This document shows positions 62,260 through 64,000 of a DNA stretch of 64,000 nt, piece after piece (position 1 is the first letter of the stretch; every line of letters begins with the position of its first letter). Source of the DNA: Gracilinanus agilis (lineage: Eukaryota). Location of the stretch: contig NC_058130.1 of assembly GCF_016433145.1 (NCBI RefSeq), forward strand, positions 591,631,900 through 591,695,899. Direction: 5' to 3'. The position numbers and the translations under genes are program-made. The notes beneath the pieces were generated by a model. The model made no database searches, was not told the DNA's origin, and saw nothing but the letters and a program-made list of their open reading frames with translations.

Positions 62260-62577
62260 AAGAAAGAAAAAGAAAGAATAAAATTAAGTAGATGGGAGGG
62301 AAGAAAAGGAGAATGAGAGATAAAAATGGAGTGAGAAAAGAAAGGAAGGTAGGAAGGAAAGAAGGAAGAAAGGAAGGAAGGAAAGGAGCAAGCAAGGAAG
62401 GAAAAAGAATAAGGAAGGGAAGAAAGAAGGAGAGAAGATAGGAAAGGAGCAATGAAGAAAAGAGGGGGAAAGGGCAAGAGAGGGAAAGAGAGAAAAGGAG
62501 AGAGAGAAGGAGGGAGGAAGAGAGGAAGAAAGGAAGGGAGGAAGGAAGGGAAGAAGGAAGAGAGGAAGGAAGGGGGT
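62260..62577. repeat. About 320-bp polypurine (GGAA/GAGA) tract
   Basis: Almost purely A/G on the + strand. Confidence 0.92.
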
Positions 62578-63065
62578 AATTTTTCTTATTCATTTGCAAT
62601 TACATAATACAACTTAAGGAATCCTTACACAGTTGATTGACTAAATGTGACTGAAAGACAGATGTAGGTTGTTATTAGGAGCTAAATGAGCCCCTTCTCA
62701 ACAAGGCAAACAATTTGGCTATTTCTTTCAAATGCTCATCTTTGAGTATTTATTTAGTTTCTCTGAAACACTCTCTAAATTTTTCATTCTGTCTCATCTC
62801 CAACAGCTAATGAAATTATTTTCTTTATGTAAAATAGCTGGTGCTTGTAGACTAAAAAGAGACAAAGATTTATAATCAGGTGTGTTGTGAAGTTCAAGTA
62901 AGATAATGGATGCAAAATACTTTGCAAAGCTTATTGCACTATACAGAAATGTTAGTTATTATCACCACTAGACTATAGCAAGTAGGCCTCCAGCATAGTG
63001 ATGACTTCGTTGCCTGAGACTTCTATTGTACTCCTGCTTAGCTCAAAAATGCATGCAGAATAATA

Positions 63066-63259
63066 CAAGGGTGTGCTGGTAAATATTTTGTAACTGGACT
63101 CTATGAGGAAAATAACCATGTATCCATATACTTCTAAATTTAATCTAATATTCATACTTCCTGAAGCCAATACATCAGTAAAAGAAAAAAAAAGGCTCTG
63201 ATTTGTGGGTATTGCTGATTTCTAGTAAGCCAGTTAGAGCTGGTTCCAGCACACAGAAG
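63066..63259. mobile_element. MER63-like hAT-Blackjack MITE
   Basis: Inverted termini gtgtgctgg (63071-63079) and ccagcacac (63246-63254), with 'gtgtgctggtaaat..ctgatttgt..gattt..gagctggttccagcacac' body. Confidence 0.78.
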
Positions 63260-64000
63260 AGTATAATGAAAAAGGCATTAATTGTGGAATAGAAAGAACT
63301 TGTTTTGAATTCCGTGTATGAGAATTCCTAGGCTTGTCTTGCAAATCAACCTTGTAAGTCTTGGTTCTGTTTTCTGTAATGTCAGATTAATTATCCTTCT
63401 AATATATACGTCTCCAAGTTTTTATAAAGAATATACATTGTAAATTAAAAATATTACAAAATATGAATTATTAATGACTAATTTTCTGTGCTAAAATATG
63501 TAATGATTTCAACAAAAGTTCTCAAGATTTACTTTTAAATATTAATCAATACAATCAATTAGATTATTTTAACACATCAACATAGAAAATTTAAAATACT
63601 GATGTAGCTAAAACACATGATTTATGATTTAGATCCAAAAGGGACCTTAGTCATTACCTAATCTACACCTCTAATTTTACAGATGAGACTTGGAAAATGA
63701 TATGATTTGCATAAAGTCACACAAGGATTAAATAGTGAGGATGATATTAAAACATTGGCCCAAATTTCTTTCTCTTTCCACCATACAACACTGCCTAACA
63801 GACCTCCTGCATTCTTATTATTAATAGAGTAAATGATAGAAAATAATTTCTTTTGTTCTCAGATGGTCTCAGAAATTAGAAAATATAATTTCTTACATGA
63901 AGGTATGTTTGTTAATTGTTGTACTGCCATTTTAGTCACATCCAAGTCTTCATGACTGCCTTTTTTTTTTTTTTTTTTACTTGGCAGAGATATTGAAGAG

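Noticed and set aside
1-64000. CRISPR array, prokaryotic operon, Rsx-like tandem-repeat lncRNA or endogenous non-retroviral viral gene
   Set aside because: There is no regularly spaced repeat-spacer array, no gene-dense coding structure and no kilobase-scale tandem repeat. No ORF is recognisable to me as bornavirus, filovirus or parvovirus, although a translated search would be needed to exclude highly decayed EVEs.

Overview
This is AT-rich, strongly CpG-depleted mammalian genomic DNA. The repeats (SINE1_Mdo-type tRNA/CORE SINEs, MAR1-type SINEs, MIRs, L2, RTE-derived elements, marsupial-type L1s and ERV solo LTRs) point to a didelphid marsupial, most likely Monodelphis domestica. That assignment is inferred from remembered repeat consensus sequences, not from a search. 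The window is dominated by transposon fossils. These include an L1 cluster at about 7.9-15.6 kb, long L2 pieces at 34-36 kb and 40-41 kb, at least six LTR-like elements, several hAT-type MITEs and five young SINE1 copies. There are three sized assembly gaps. I recognise no intact host protein-coding gene, tRNA, rRNA or CRISPR array, so the window reads as intronic or intergenic. The only ORFs I can assign are L1 ORF1/ORF2 and L2 RT remnants. The most interesting unexplained signals are: a few GC-elevated, splice-site-bounded open frames in unique sequence (+ strand 42.5-47.6 kb; - strand 29-30 kb and 50.7-51.0 kb); a possible ancient LINE endonuclease relic at 48.6-49.5 kb; two L1s with large internal deletions joining ORF1 to ORF2; a tail-to-tail inverted SINE pair; and several enhancer-like segments. 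All of these are hypotheses. Family names and most repeat boundaries are approximate, by eye.
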